Shown here: in pieces, positions 29,535-41,400 of the stretch
How positions within the stretch are numbered: the stretch's first letter is position 1
Layout of the letters: each line of letters opens with the position of its first letter
NCBI GenBank assembly: GCA_004431415.1
Contig: QPMI01000133.1
Location: 186,001-250,000, forward strand
DNA: 64,000 nucleotides
Source of the DNA: Cyanophora paradoxa CCMP329
Lineage: Eukaryota; Plantae; Glaucophyta
Direction: 5' to 3'
Notes under the pieces: generated by a model
The model's database searches: none
Seen by the model: only the letters and a program-made list of their open reading frames with translations
What the model was told of the DNA's origin: nothing
Position numbers and translations under genes: made by a program

Positions 29535-31562
29535 GGGCGGACGGCAGGCGAAGGGCAGGAGGCGGTGGCAGACGGCGGTGGCGCGGCGGCAGGAGAGCGA
29601 GTCGGGCCAGACGAGGGCGCCCAGCAGCAGCCGCGCCGACGGCTCCAGCAGCGCCTCGCACGCCAGCCCCGGCGGCAGCGGCGGCGGCGGTGGCGGCGCA
29701 GCTGCAGGCGGCGCGGCCCCGGGCTGCGCGCGCGTGCGGCGTGAGGCGCGGGGGCGGCTTGGGGCGGGGAGGTGCGGCCGGGGGGTACCGGCTGGAGCAG
29801 GTTCTGCTTCTCGGGCGGGGCGGGCGCGGCGGGCACGAGCGCGTCGATCACGCCGATCGCCTCCCGCTCGAGCTGCGAGCGCGGGGGTACGCGGTCAGAG
29901 GCGGGGGGAAGGAGGCGGGCGGGGTACGGGGCGCCTGGCGGAGCATGATGTCGGCGATGATCTCGCGCTGGTCGCCCCCTCGCCACCGGCCCCGGCCCCG
30001 GCGCCGGCGTCGGGCATGCCGGCGAGGGCGGGGCCGTCGGGGCCGGGGCGGGCCTCCATGCGGGGCGCCCACGTGGCGGCGAGGCGGTCGAAGAGGGCGC
30101 GCAGGAAGGGGCCGACGAGCGGCCCCAGCAGCGGGCCCTGCAGCTCCGCCGGGCACCGCGTCAGCGCCTGGTGCACCACCTTCCCTGCGCCGGCCTCAGC
30201 GGCCCCGGCGGCGCTGCCAGCTGCGGGCCGGGAGGGCGCCGGGCGGGGCGCGCACGGGCGAGGGTGCGGAGGCCGCGCTCGGAGGCGTGGGGCACGGCGG
30301 AGGGGCTCAGCAGCGCCGCCAGCGCCGATAGCGTCGGCGAGGCCCCTGCCGCGGCGCTCAGGTGAGAAGGGGGGACGAGGGCCGCGGGGGGTACGCCGGA
30401 CCGGAGAGGGACTCGTAGAACTCGTACGTGCCGAGCGCGAGCCGCAGCACGTCGTACCTGGGGTACAGGGCGACTTCAGAGAGGGGGGGGAAGAAGGCGG
30501 GCCGGGGGGGGGGGGGGTACTAGCGGACCCGAAGTCGAAGGTGGAGGAGACCCAGAGGCGGAGCTCGTGGACGAGGAGGGGCTCGCCCCCCGGCGCCGCG
30601 TTCCGCCCGTGCCCGCCCTTCAGCGGGCTCCCGAAGCCCGGCCGCTCCTCCCCGGCCCCCTCGGGCGCCGGCGAGGCCGACGGGCCGCCCCTGCCCCCGC
30701 CGCCCCCGCCGGGGCCGGAGGGGCCCTCTGTGCGGAGGAGGACGCCAACCTCGTAGGGCGACGGCTCCAGCACGGGCAGCAGCTCCGGCGGGAGCGCGGC
30801 CCGCGCCTCGGGGCTCCACAGCGCCGCCAGCGACCGCAGCAGCGACAGCGTCTGCCCGCTCTGAGGGGGGAGGGGGGGGGGTACGGGGCGCGCGTGCCTG
30901 GGGCAGGACGGCGCCGAGGTGCGGGCCGAAGGGGTGCCGCACGCGGCCCTGGGCGGTGAGGTACCCCCCCGCCCGGCGCTCCTCCAGGGACTGGGGTACG
31001 GAGCTCCGCTTGAAGACGGCGGAGAAAAGGGAGAGGAGGAGGCCGATCTGCGGGCGCCGCCGGTTAAGACCGGGGGTACAAGCGCGGGCGGGCGGGCGGG
31101 CGGGAGGGGAGGGGGTACGTGGTCCTTGGCGCGGCGGAAGTCGGGGAGGGCGGAGTCGAAGGGGGCGCCCTGGCAGCGGGCGCCGGGGGCGGGGGGCGGC
31201 GCCGCCAGGACCCGCAGGTGCACCAGCAGGTGCAGCGCGTCCCCTGCCGGCCCCGTCGCCCCCGTACCCCCCGCGCCCCGGGGGGTACGCCGCACCGGAG
31301 GCGGAGGTCAGCTCGGGGGCGTTCTGCTGCGCCTCGAACCCGGGGAGGAGCTGCGGGGGGGATGAGGCCGGGGGGAGGAAGCGGGGCGGGGGTACGGCGG
31401 ACGACGGCGAGGAGGCCGGCCTGTTGCTCGTAGCTGCGGGCCGCGTTGGAGACGACCGCCAGCGCCTCCAGCAGCGTCCGCTGCGCCCCCGGCTCGCGGG
31501 GGTACGGGATTGGTGTGGGGGTACGTGGCGGGCTTGCCTGGACGAAGGGGAAGGCGGAGCCT
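29535..31562 (-). pseudogene. Inverted partial copy of exportin-5 (exons and introns of about 57972-59978)
   Basis: Near-identical reverse complement, for example QRTLLEALAVVSNAARSYEQQ and DQREIIADIMLRQ, with introns included. Confidence 0.85.
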
Positions 31563-32495
31563 GGTTCGTGAATCTCAGGGGGGTACGAGGGGGGCCGTCG
31601 AGGACGCCCTGAAGCCTGAAGCCTGAACGGGAGCCGGGGGAGGGGGGGGAGGGGGATGGGGGGGGGGGGGCGAAAGCGGCGGGCTGCCAGGCTGCAGAAG
31701 ACGAATGGAGGAATGAAGGATTGCCCCGCGCCGCGGGGGGAGGGCGCGAGTCCTGCGGGGCGCGGCGCAGTCAGTGCGGGGGAGGGGTACGAGGCAGGCG
31801 GGGACGGGCCGGGGCGGGGACCTGCAGGCGGGGTACGAGGGCGAGGGCGATGCTGCTGGAGCGCCCCGCCCCGCCGACCATCGAATCCCCGCGGCCTGTC
31901 GCCCCCAGCCGGGCCGACGAGCTTGATCACGCGAGTTTCAGCAGCGGGGGCCGGGCTGATGGGCGCGGCGGGAGCGAGAGCTCGAGCTGCACTGCCGCAG
32001 TGCGCATGCACGAGCTCGAGCATAGTCCTGGGCGTCCACGCCACGCCAGTGCTGGCCCGTGGGCGCCCACGCCACGGCCCGGCGGTCCGCGCGAAATCGA
32101 GAGCATGCGCAGGCCTAGGCTGTCGATCGAAGCTGGGCGAGCGTGCGTCCGCGCTCGCGGATCGGCACGCGAGCTCCTGCTTCGCTCGGCGCGCGAGACT
32201 CCGCTCCGCTCCGCGCGCGAGCCTCCGCTCCGCGACGGATCAGGAGGGGTTGCTCGTCGCGAGAAGTTGCTCAAGCTTACCTGTGACAGACGACCGTCTG
32301 ACAGGAGCACATCAACTTCGACTTAGCGCATATATAGCTTGTCATCAAGCCGCTCCCGAAGGGGCGAGCCGCGAGGCGGCGAGGTCAGGGGGGGGGTACA
32401 CTTCGTCGCCGAATCTTGCGTACGTAGCAGTCAGCTCGAGCAGCTGCAGTTAGCGCAGATCGGGAAGGGATATCGGCTCGCAGCTCGCATATGCG

Positions 32496-35400
32496 ATGGG
32501 CTGCGGCGCCAGCAGCGTTTGCGGGGGCGGGGGAAACGCCCCCCACGCGGTGCAAGAGCAGCTCGAGCCGGTTATCGATCCACCTGCGAACAACAGAAGT
32601 GATACGCGTGATGACGCAGCTGCGGGGAACGGGCATCTGGGCCCTCCGGATTCCGCGCTAGCTATAGCGCTGTCCGCAAAAGAAGCGCAAGCCCCGAAGG
32701 AGCAGCGCCCTAGCGGGCTCTACGGCATGTGCGAGCCGGAGGAGCTGAAGAAGATCCAGCGGGTCGAGCAAGTGCAGACCGCCGCGCAGCTCGCGGGCCT
32801 GCTCCGATCGGAGCTTGTTCGCGCCGCCGCTATCGCGAGCAAGGACCCGGAGAAGGAGGTGCCACCGATGCTTCGCGCGGTCGAAGACCTGGCTCGGAGA
32901 GGAAATGCGGAGCAAGTCCTACGGAACATCTGCGACGAAGGCGCGTACGTACACGTACAAGGACGCGCGGCCGCCGGGCCGGGTGCCCCGGCTGCGGACC
33001 TCGGGCCGCGCCCCCGCACCACGGCTGACCGTTCTAACACGTGCATTTGCTGTGCGCAGTGCTGAGCGCCTTCTCGGCCACCCAGTCGCTCGCGCTCTCG
33101 GGGGACATTGCGGCCCTCGTCCACTCCGGCGACCCCCACCTGTGCCGCAGGGTTCGACCCGCCGCGCCCCGCCCCGCCCGGCGCCCCGCCGCGCCGTCGA
33201 TCCGAGGGGCCGGCGCCGGCTCCTCAGCTGGTGGACGTGCTCCTGCGGAAAGCGAACAGTGCGGAGCTGGCAGACCTCGCGACCCTCTCCGCGCTCGCCT
33301 ACGCCGCGGGGCACCTTCCCCCAGACACGCTCTTCCCCTCCGACTGGACCGCCGTCCTCGACTTCGCATCCGAGCAGGCGAGCCGCCGCGCCGCGCCGCC
33401 CGCCGGCGCCGCCTGAAGCGGCGCGAACGCGCAGGTTGAGCTGCTGAGCGCGGAGGGGCGGGGCCTGGGCCCGAGCGACGCGGAGGCGCAGGTCGCCCTC
33501 GAGCTCACCGCCGCCGTCCTCGCCGCCTACGAGGCCGCCTCCAGCGGCCCCGCCGCCCCGCCGCCCCCGCCGCCGCCGGCGTCGCCGCCGGTGTCGCCGG
33601 CATCGCCGCCCCCGCCGCTGGGGAGGCCGACGACGCCGCCTCTGCCGCCTCGCCGCCCGCCGCCGCCGCCGCCGCCGGCGTCGCCGCGCCGGCTCCGAAA
33701 GGTGCGATATGACTCCCCCAACCCCCCTCCAACATCCAACGCCCCCCTCCCCCCCCTCTCCCTTCGCCTTACCCCTCCCCATCCCCCCCCCCCCAACACC
33801 TCTACTCATTCCTCTTCTCTCCCCAATCCCGCCACCCCTCCCCCTGAGCAGCGATGATCGGCAAATTCGCCCCCCCCTCCCCCCCCCCCGGATTTTTTCG
33901 TTCCTCACGCCCTCCCCCGCCCCCTTCTCCCGAGTCGCGCCCTCCCTTCCCCTTTACCCCTTTAGCCCTCCCCTCGCGCCCCCCTCCGCCCCCCCCCTTC
34001 CCCCACCTCGACAACTCTTCCTCACTTCGCGAAATTCGCGAAATTCCCCGCCTTTTTCCCCGCCCCGTATACGTACCCTTCTCCTCCACTTATCCAGTCG
34101 CGCCATCTTCTCCCCTTCCCCTTCACCCCCTCCCTCTCCTCCCTTTCCCCCCTCGTCCCTCCGTCCCTTTCCCCCCCTCCTCGCCCCCCCCAGCCGAAAG
34201 TCACTGGGTGCCGGCGCACAGGAACTTCGAAGCGGCTGGAAGTCGACGAGAAGCGAATTCAACTGCAGGCGCTGAGCGAGAAGCTTAAGCTCCTGGAGGG
34301 CCACGCCAAGGCCAAGGGGTGGTGGCGGGCGGAGGCGGCGGCGGTGATCGCGGGGCAGGCGCTCACGAGCGTCAGCAGCGGCGGCGAGCGCTTCGGAGAC
34401 GTCGTCCGCCGGTGCAAGGCCGCGGGTTCGACTTTTCATGAGCCTCGGAGCCTCCCAGTCTCCCGACTGAGCTGCACTTGTGACCGCCCAGGGCGAATCG
34501 TGAAGAAACTCTACAAGGCGAGCAAGGTCATCATGGAGGGCGTCTCCTCCATGGGCGCCACGACCGTCATCGACCTCGTCTTCTGGGCCAAGGCGCGCCG
34601 CCGCCGGACCGCCGACCGTGGATTCGAGCAGGGAACCCTGCGGGGCTCGTCGCCACTGACTGGCGAGCCCGCAGGACGTCGTGAGCGACGAAAAGGGGGG
34701 GATACTGGACGCGGCGCGGGAGATGTGGAAGGACGCGCGCATCGTCGTCGGCAAAGGCCCTCAGCTGCAGGGCCAGGGCCCCTGGTCCGCCCTCTCCCTC
34801 GCCCTCGCCCTCGCGACGCGGCCGCGGGGGGCGCGCTGACCGGCGGGGCGGGGCGGCAGGTACGCGCGGGCGAGGCTGATGGGGGCGCTGGCGGCGGGCG
34901 GGCAGCTGGAGGAGCTGGGGACGCTGCTGCGGGACAAGGGCGGGGAGGGGCTCGTGGCCTGCGCGCTGAACCGGCAACTCGCCCTCGTCCTCGCCTCCGC
35001 CCTCGTCCGCGTGCGCACCCACCGTGCCCGGCCAAGGCTCCGCGCATCCCGGCCCCGCCGGTGCATTCGGAATGTTCACATTGGCTCCTTGGAGGCAGGC
35101 GGCGGAGGGGACGGACGCGGCCCAGGCGGCGGCGGCGGTGGGCCTGCTCAAGAGCCTCGCCGAGAAGGCGGGGGAGCTGGGCGGGGCGGACGCGGCGCGG
35201 ATTGCGGCGAGAGCCCTCGGGGACCTGTCGCAGCTCGACGACGGCGGCAGCGGCGCGGCGCGGGCGGGCTGGGAAGCCCTCCAGAGCCTGGCGGAGTTCG
35301 CCAAGCGGGAGGGGGCGAAGCTCCCGGCGGCGGCGCAGGCGGCGGCCTCGGCCAGCGCGGCGGTCGGCTGCCTCGCCGGCTTCCGGCGCGGGGCGGTACG

Positions 35401-38400
35401 CGTCATCGAGGGCGGCGTCGGGCTCGCGGAGGACGTGGCCGAGATCGTCTCGGACGTGCCCGGCCTCGAACGGGCGGCCGGCGTGGCCGGCGAGCTCGCG
35501 GCGGCGGCGCGCCGCGCCAAGGACGCCCCGCTCGTGCAGGGCGCCCTGCGCGTCCTCGCCGCGCCCGAGGAGCTCCTGGGGCTGGCGTCGGCCGCGTCCT
35601 CCGCCGCGCCCCTGCAGCGGGGCTCGGGTTCTCGCGATCGGCCGCCGCCCCGGAAGTCCACGTCGACGTCGAAGTCGGCGCCGCCGGGCACGCTGAAGAG
35701 GGCGCCGCCCCTGCTCCCGACCCTGCTGGGGGCCGGGCAGCAGAGGAACGGCTACCTCGAGGAAGTGCTCAAGAAGTACAAAGTGGCGGTGCGCGCCCCG
35801 GCCGTCCGGATCCACGGCCGCCGCCTGCGCGCCTAAACGCCAACCGGGGCGGGGGTCGGGACTTTGGCGTGGCAGGTGGACGCGGCGCAGAAGGAGCTCG
35901 ATGTGAAGCGGGCGCACGTCCACGGGCGGAAGGAGGACCTGAATGACCCCAGAATCCTCCCGCTGCTCTTCGAGCTCTCCGGTTACGTCGAACTCTGGTT
36001 GCGCCGCCCGCTGTCTGCGGCTCCAGCCGCCCGGCCCGCTTCCCGCCCTCCCCTCTGAGCGTGGCCGCAGCGGGTCGTCGAAGCCATGCCGCAGCTGCCT
36101 GGAGATGGTGTGCGCGAGCCCGGCATTCGTCTTCGTCGCGAGCCGAGAGACGGCGAGCGACGCGGCCTGCCTCAAGGCCCTCGACGAGGGTGCGCCAGCT
36201 CTAGATCGAGACTAGCGCACTCACTGAGCTTCCTTGGCACCATCCGCAGCGATCGAGACGGGGCAGGAGGTCTTCCAGTTCTACTTGAACGGGGTGGAGA
36301 GCGTCCTCGAGGCGATGCCCGTCGGCGTCGACATGCGCCTCAGCCGCTTCGACGACGTGCGGCGGATAATTATAATCCCAATATCCTTCAATCCACCTCT
36401 CCGTCCTCTCCAGCGAGAGTTGCAGTTGATCGAGCGCCGCAGTGGCAGCTGGATGCGGAGGCTCGGTGGAAGCTCGACGTTGCTGAAGCCACCCGAGCCC
36501 GTCTGAATAAGGAAGACCCTCTAGAAAAGTTCGCGCGCGGCATGCAGATGAAGTGCCGCTACCCTCGCTTGCGCGGCGAGCCGGCGGCCAGTCGCCAGCG
36601 GGTCACAGCGCGCTGGTACGGCGGCGCTGAAGGCTCGAGCTCGAGCTCGGAGCCGCGGGCACCGCCGCCCGCCCCCAAATGGGTCGTCGAAGCGACGGCA
36701 ACAGCCGAAGCCTATTTCGGTGCTCGCGTCTTCTTCTGCCACGGCCACACCCCAGAGGACTCGAAGATCGTTCAAACGTACTCGGCTTCCTTGGAGCGCG
36801 TCGCGTCTTGCTGGTACGCCCGCTGGTAAATGCCCGCGCTGCTCATGATCATGGATAAACGCGCGGCGGCGCCGCAGGTCCGAGGCCGAGCACTGGGAGA
36901 AGGGGGAGCGCTGGGTCGACTTGGGTGCGCGTGACGCGTCGCATCGCCGCGCGTCTCTAGGTCTAATGTCGAGCTCACCTCCGCCGCAGTGGCCCGCGCC
37001 ATACGCAACTGCACCCATTTCGTCATCATTGTGTCCCCGGCCGCCGAGCTCGAGGATTCGCAGGTCCGCGGCCCCCGATTGGGTCTGAAAATCGCGACAG
37101 CAGCCTATCGGACCCCGATATATCGCGATATTGATCGACCCCGGTATTATATTAATCGATCACTCATGCACGGCCTCGGCAGCATTTCAAGGAAGAAGTC
37201 GCTTACGCGTGCAGCCGGGACTGCACATGCGCCCTGGTCGCCTTGCACCTGAAGCAGCCTGGGAAATCGACCGAAGACCTGTACCAGTGGATCGAGAAAC
37301 GCCTGGGGCGCGCCGCGCCCGGCCGCGTGCAGAGGATTCAGGTCCCCGTCGACACCAACCCAGTGCACGTAGCGTCCAAGCTCGAGACCGCTTTGAAAAC
37401 GCGACCCCGGGCGATTGCAGAGCGCGCGATCGTTGTGGCCGCACCCGCAGGCGCAGCTGCAGGCGCGGTCCCAGTTGCAGGCCCATCAGCAGCTGCAGCA
37501 GCCCGGCCGTACGCGTGGGCGGGGCCTCAGACGGGCCAGATGCAGCCGGTGCGTTGCGCTCTTCGATCTGTTGGCCCATGTATTTAGAGCTGATGCGGTG
37601 TGCAGGCAAACGCGCTCTTCTGGACGGAGGCGGGTGTCGACAACTGGATCCGATCGCAGGGGCTCCTCGAGCAGTGCGCTGCCTGCAGCCGGCGCCGTGC
37701 ACACGGCCGCGCTGGCTAGCGTTTTTAACTGATCGCGGAATGCACGGATCCCGGAGCAGATTTGCGGAGCGATTATCACACTTGGAAGGGAGGGGCCTCC
37801 TCTCGCTCACCGACTCGGCCCTGAAGCAGCTCGGCATCGACAACGTCGCTGCGCGCAAGCGCCTTCTGCTGAAGATTGCGACCTTGTCCGAGGCCGCACT
37901 GGAGAACTGCGACAAGGAGGTGCCGCGAAGCGATATATATGGAAGTGTTCTTCTGCAGCGATTCACGCCTGTGCAGAATGAGCCGCTGTGCTGGACCGAG
38001 GAGGAGGTCGTGGCCTGGGTCCGCTCAAAGGGGCCCCTCGCAAAGTGCGCGACGCGCAAGCGCTCTTCTCGTCTGCATCTGCCCCCCGCTCTGCTGTTTT
38101 TTTACGGTGGCACCAGGTTCGCCGACCTGTTCGCGTTCACGGGGGGCCCCGAGCTGCTCTCGCTCTCCGACGCGGACCTCGTGGACATGGGCGTGGACAG
38201 CTTCCCGGCGCGGCAGCGGCTCCTCGTCAAGATCGCCGAGCTTGAAGCGAAGGCAATCGCAAAGTCGCTCAAGCTGCACGGCGCGGCAAACGCTACCACA
38301 GAGTCACAGGTTGTCGAGGTGACGGCGCTGATCATGAGGCCATGCAGTCGTGTGTGCGTATTGCAATTGACAGAGATTCGCACCGGCAGGCTCCGGCTCC

Positions 38401-41400
38401 GGCTCCGGCACCAGCCGAGGTCGATGGCATCCGAGCATCGATCTCAAAAGTGCGCTAAGAATCCTATAATTATATAAACTAAAACTAAGGGCTCCTCGAG
38501 TTATTCACATAAATTCAAGCTTGCGGCTCCTTGAGTGTCCTTGAATTGCTTGTGGAGATCTAGAGTACTAGTATGCCCCTTCCTTTAAGATTCGAACATC
38601 ACCATCAGTTTTCGCAATCTTGATTCGTGCAACGGACATGTACAGTTTGCTGTGGAGGTGTCCGACGAGCTCCGCCAGGACCAGGACCTCGCGCTCTACG
38701 TCCCGCCCCTCGCCACCCCGGACCCCAAGCTGCCGCCCAAGGTGGCCCCCGAGCTCCCCGCTCTAGATCTGAAACTAGGCCTGCTGCGTGCACGCGGCTT
38801 CATTGTGACCCCGCCCCCCTCGAACAGCAACACGTGGACCTCCACGAAAGGGCGATGAAGTTTCTTAAGGCGCTGCGGCCCGGCGCCAACACCAACGTCA
38901 ACGCCGGCGACGCTGCAACCGGCCCCGCAAAGCCGAATTCGAAGCGTGTGTTGTTGTTACTGGGCGGCGCGGGCACGTCGAAGAGCACATTCGTCCGCTT
39001 TCTGGAGCGGGACGTCTGCGAGCAATGGGCAAAGTCGGAAGACAGTTTAGACCCGGAGCTGCCTGTCACAGTGCTGGTTTCGCTGCCGCAGCTCGTCAGC
39101 GCCATGGGCGGCGTGCAAAAAGGCCGAGGCCTGCGGCAGCACGTGGCCGCCAAACTCGGCGTGGCTTCAGAGGCGCTTCCAGCTCTCCGAGACAGGTACT
39201 CATGCATCTCGTCTAAATTTGTGTTGTTTCTTCGGATCTGTTTCGCTGATGCATGCGTCAGCTTCGGGCTCGTGCTTCTTCTCGATGGGTATGATGAGAT
39301 GGGCGTAAAAGACGGCGTGAATCTGTGGCAGGAGAACGGCGTTTCGGACTGGGCGAGCGGCGCGCTTCTCACATGCCGAACGGAGTTTCTCGCTTCGCTC
39401 CCCGTTGACAAGCCGCACGAGGTGCTTTCTTTTTCCTCTCCGATGTTCCGCTTTTCTGAGTGCTATCTGAGTCTGTCGATGCTCTCATTAATGATCCGAT
39501 GCTTTTGGAGTCGTGCCATTTGAGTCGCAATCGCGCCTTGCAGGCTTTCTTTGCTCCTGCCGAAAAGGACGGCAAACACGACGAGTCGGCGCTGGCGCAG
39601 CTGCACACTGTCCCCTTCACAATTAAGCAGGTGCACGGTTGCAGAACTTTTTAATGAGAGAACGGGTGTTCCGATTCAGCGCGAGATATTCAAATGCTCC
39701 GGTGCAGCGGGACGACTACCTTGAAAGCTACGTCAAGCACCACAAGGACGATGAAGCGGCATGGACCCTCCAGCAGTACCAGTCGGCCCTCGCAAATACT
39801 CCGGGCCTGGCCGCATTTGCCGAGAACCCTTTCTCCCTGTCAATGGCCGCCCGCGTCCTGCCCACCAAGTCCGCAGCTCGCAAGTAAACAGAGAGACACT
39901 GCACCGATGTGTTGCGCAGGACGACGACAGGAGGACGGCTCGGGATGCGGGACCTGTACCGGCTGTTCCTGCGGGACTGGCTGAGGCGCGAGCTGTATCG
40001 GGGCGGCGCCGAAATTCCGCGGGATGTCGAAGGTGCAGCGCAGAAGCTGAAGCTTGCATGCTTCTAGGGCTTACAGCGCAGCCTGCGGTCGGTTACAGTC
40101 CGGCAGCGGGCTGAGGACAAGTTCGTCGAGGAGGGGACGGAGCTCTGCAGGCGCCTTGCATGCATTCTCTTCCGCGTGCGTTCGGAATTCGGCTTCGATT
40201 TTACTCGATCGGTTTCGGAAACGTTCATTGCGCAGATGTCAGCAAGCCAGGCGACGATCCCGGACCCGCGGGTCCAGGGACAGCAGAAAGCGGATGCTGG
40301 CGCGATTTCGATGTCGAGCCCCGAGCAGGGCGCCCTCTGCGAGCTTCTAGGCGACCGCAGGACGCTCGACGTGCGCAACAGCTGCCCGCTGCGGCGGTGG
40401 CGGGCGGGCGGCTCGCTCGGCTTCTCGTTCGTCCACAAGACCCTCGGCGAGTTCCTCGTCGCCGAGGCCCTCCTCGAGTCGGTGCGCTCGCTCGCAGTCT
40501 GTTGAGGGCGCCGCTGTCCTTTTAATAGCGCCCGCAGCTGTCGGACGGCGGTAAAGAGTCGGCAGAGAAGGACGTGGCGATTAGCTTCGGAACGCGGTAT
40601 GTACATTTTGTTGTGTTTTCCGTGCTCTGTCCGACGCAGGGGGGCGCAGGAGCATCGTGGAGGAGACGACCCTCGTCCGCTTCCTGGCGGAGGCCGTGCA
40701 GCACGAGCCAGCAGCAGCTTTTGGAGACTCGCTGGTGAGCCTCGTGGAGCAGAGCCGCCACGTCGCGGGGGACGGCGACGGCGCGCCGGCGGTCCTCGCA
40801 GCCGCCAACGCCGCGACAGTGCTCGTCGCTGGTGGGCCACGGCCGGACTCTTCAAATGCATTCTCCACTGTCCTTACGCTGTGCAGCGCACTTTTCGCTG
40901 GCGGGGAGAGATCTGCGACGCGTGCGGATCCCGAAGGCGAACCTGTGGCGCCTGGAGGCGGCCGGGGCGAACCTGCAGGGGGCAGACATGCGTGGCTGCT
41001 CACTCGCCGAGGCGTGCCTCGCGGGGGCAGACCTCGGAAGGGCACGCCTCCAGGGCTGCCGAATCCCGCAGTGGCCCGCAATGATGCATCCGGCTCATGT
41101 GACCGCCGTGGCGTGGTTTCCGGTACATCTTTCGATCAGTTCAAAGAGCTCAAACACTCGCGTCCAGTTTCTGAGTGAGGCACAGGACGGGCGGCGTATT
41201 GTGACGGGGAGCGACGACCAGTCAGTGCGGGTGTGGGACGTGGAGACGGGGGCGGAGCTGCTGCAGCTGCAGGGCCCCGCGGCTGCAGCCACTGTCTACT
41301 CGGTGGCAGTCTCAGCGGTGCGCAGGGTGGGGAGCCAGTGCTAGGCTGAGGCAGCCAGATCTAGAGAGCGCGAGGCGATGGCAGTGCGGGGAGCCCCGTA

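Noticed and set aside
33700-34200. Proline-rich extensin-like ORF
   Set aside because: C/T low-complexity tract that looks intronic. Homopolymer runs here, and at 48111-48143 and about 49430, may contain sequencing errors.
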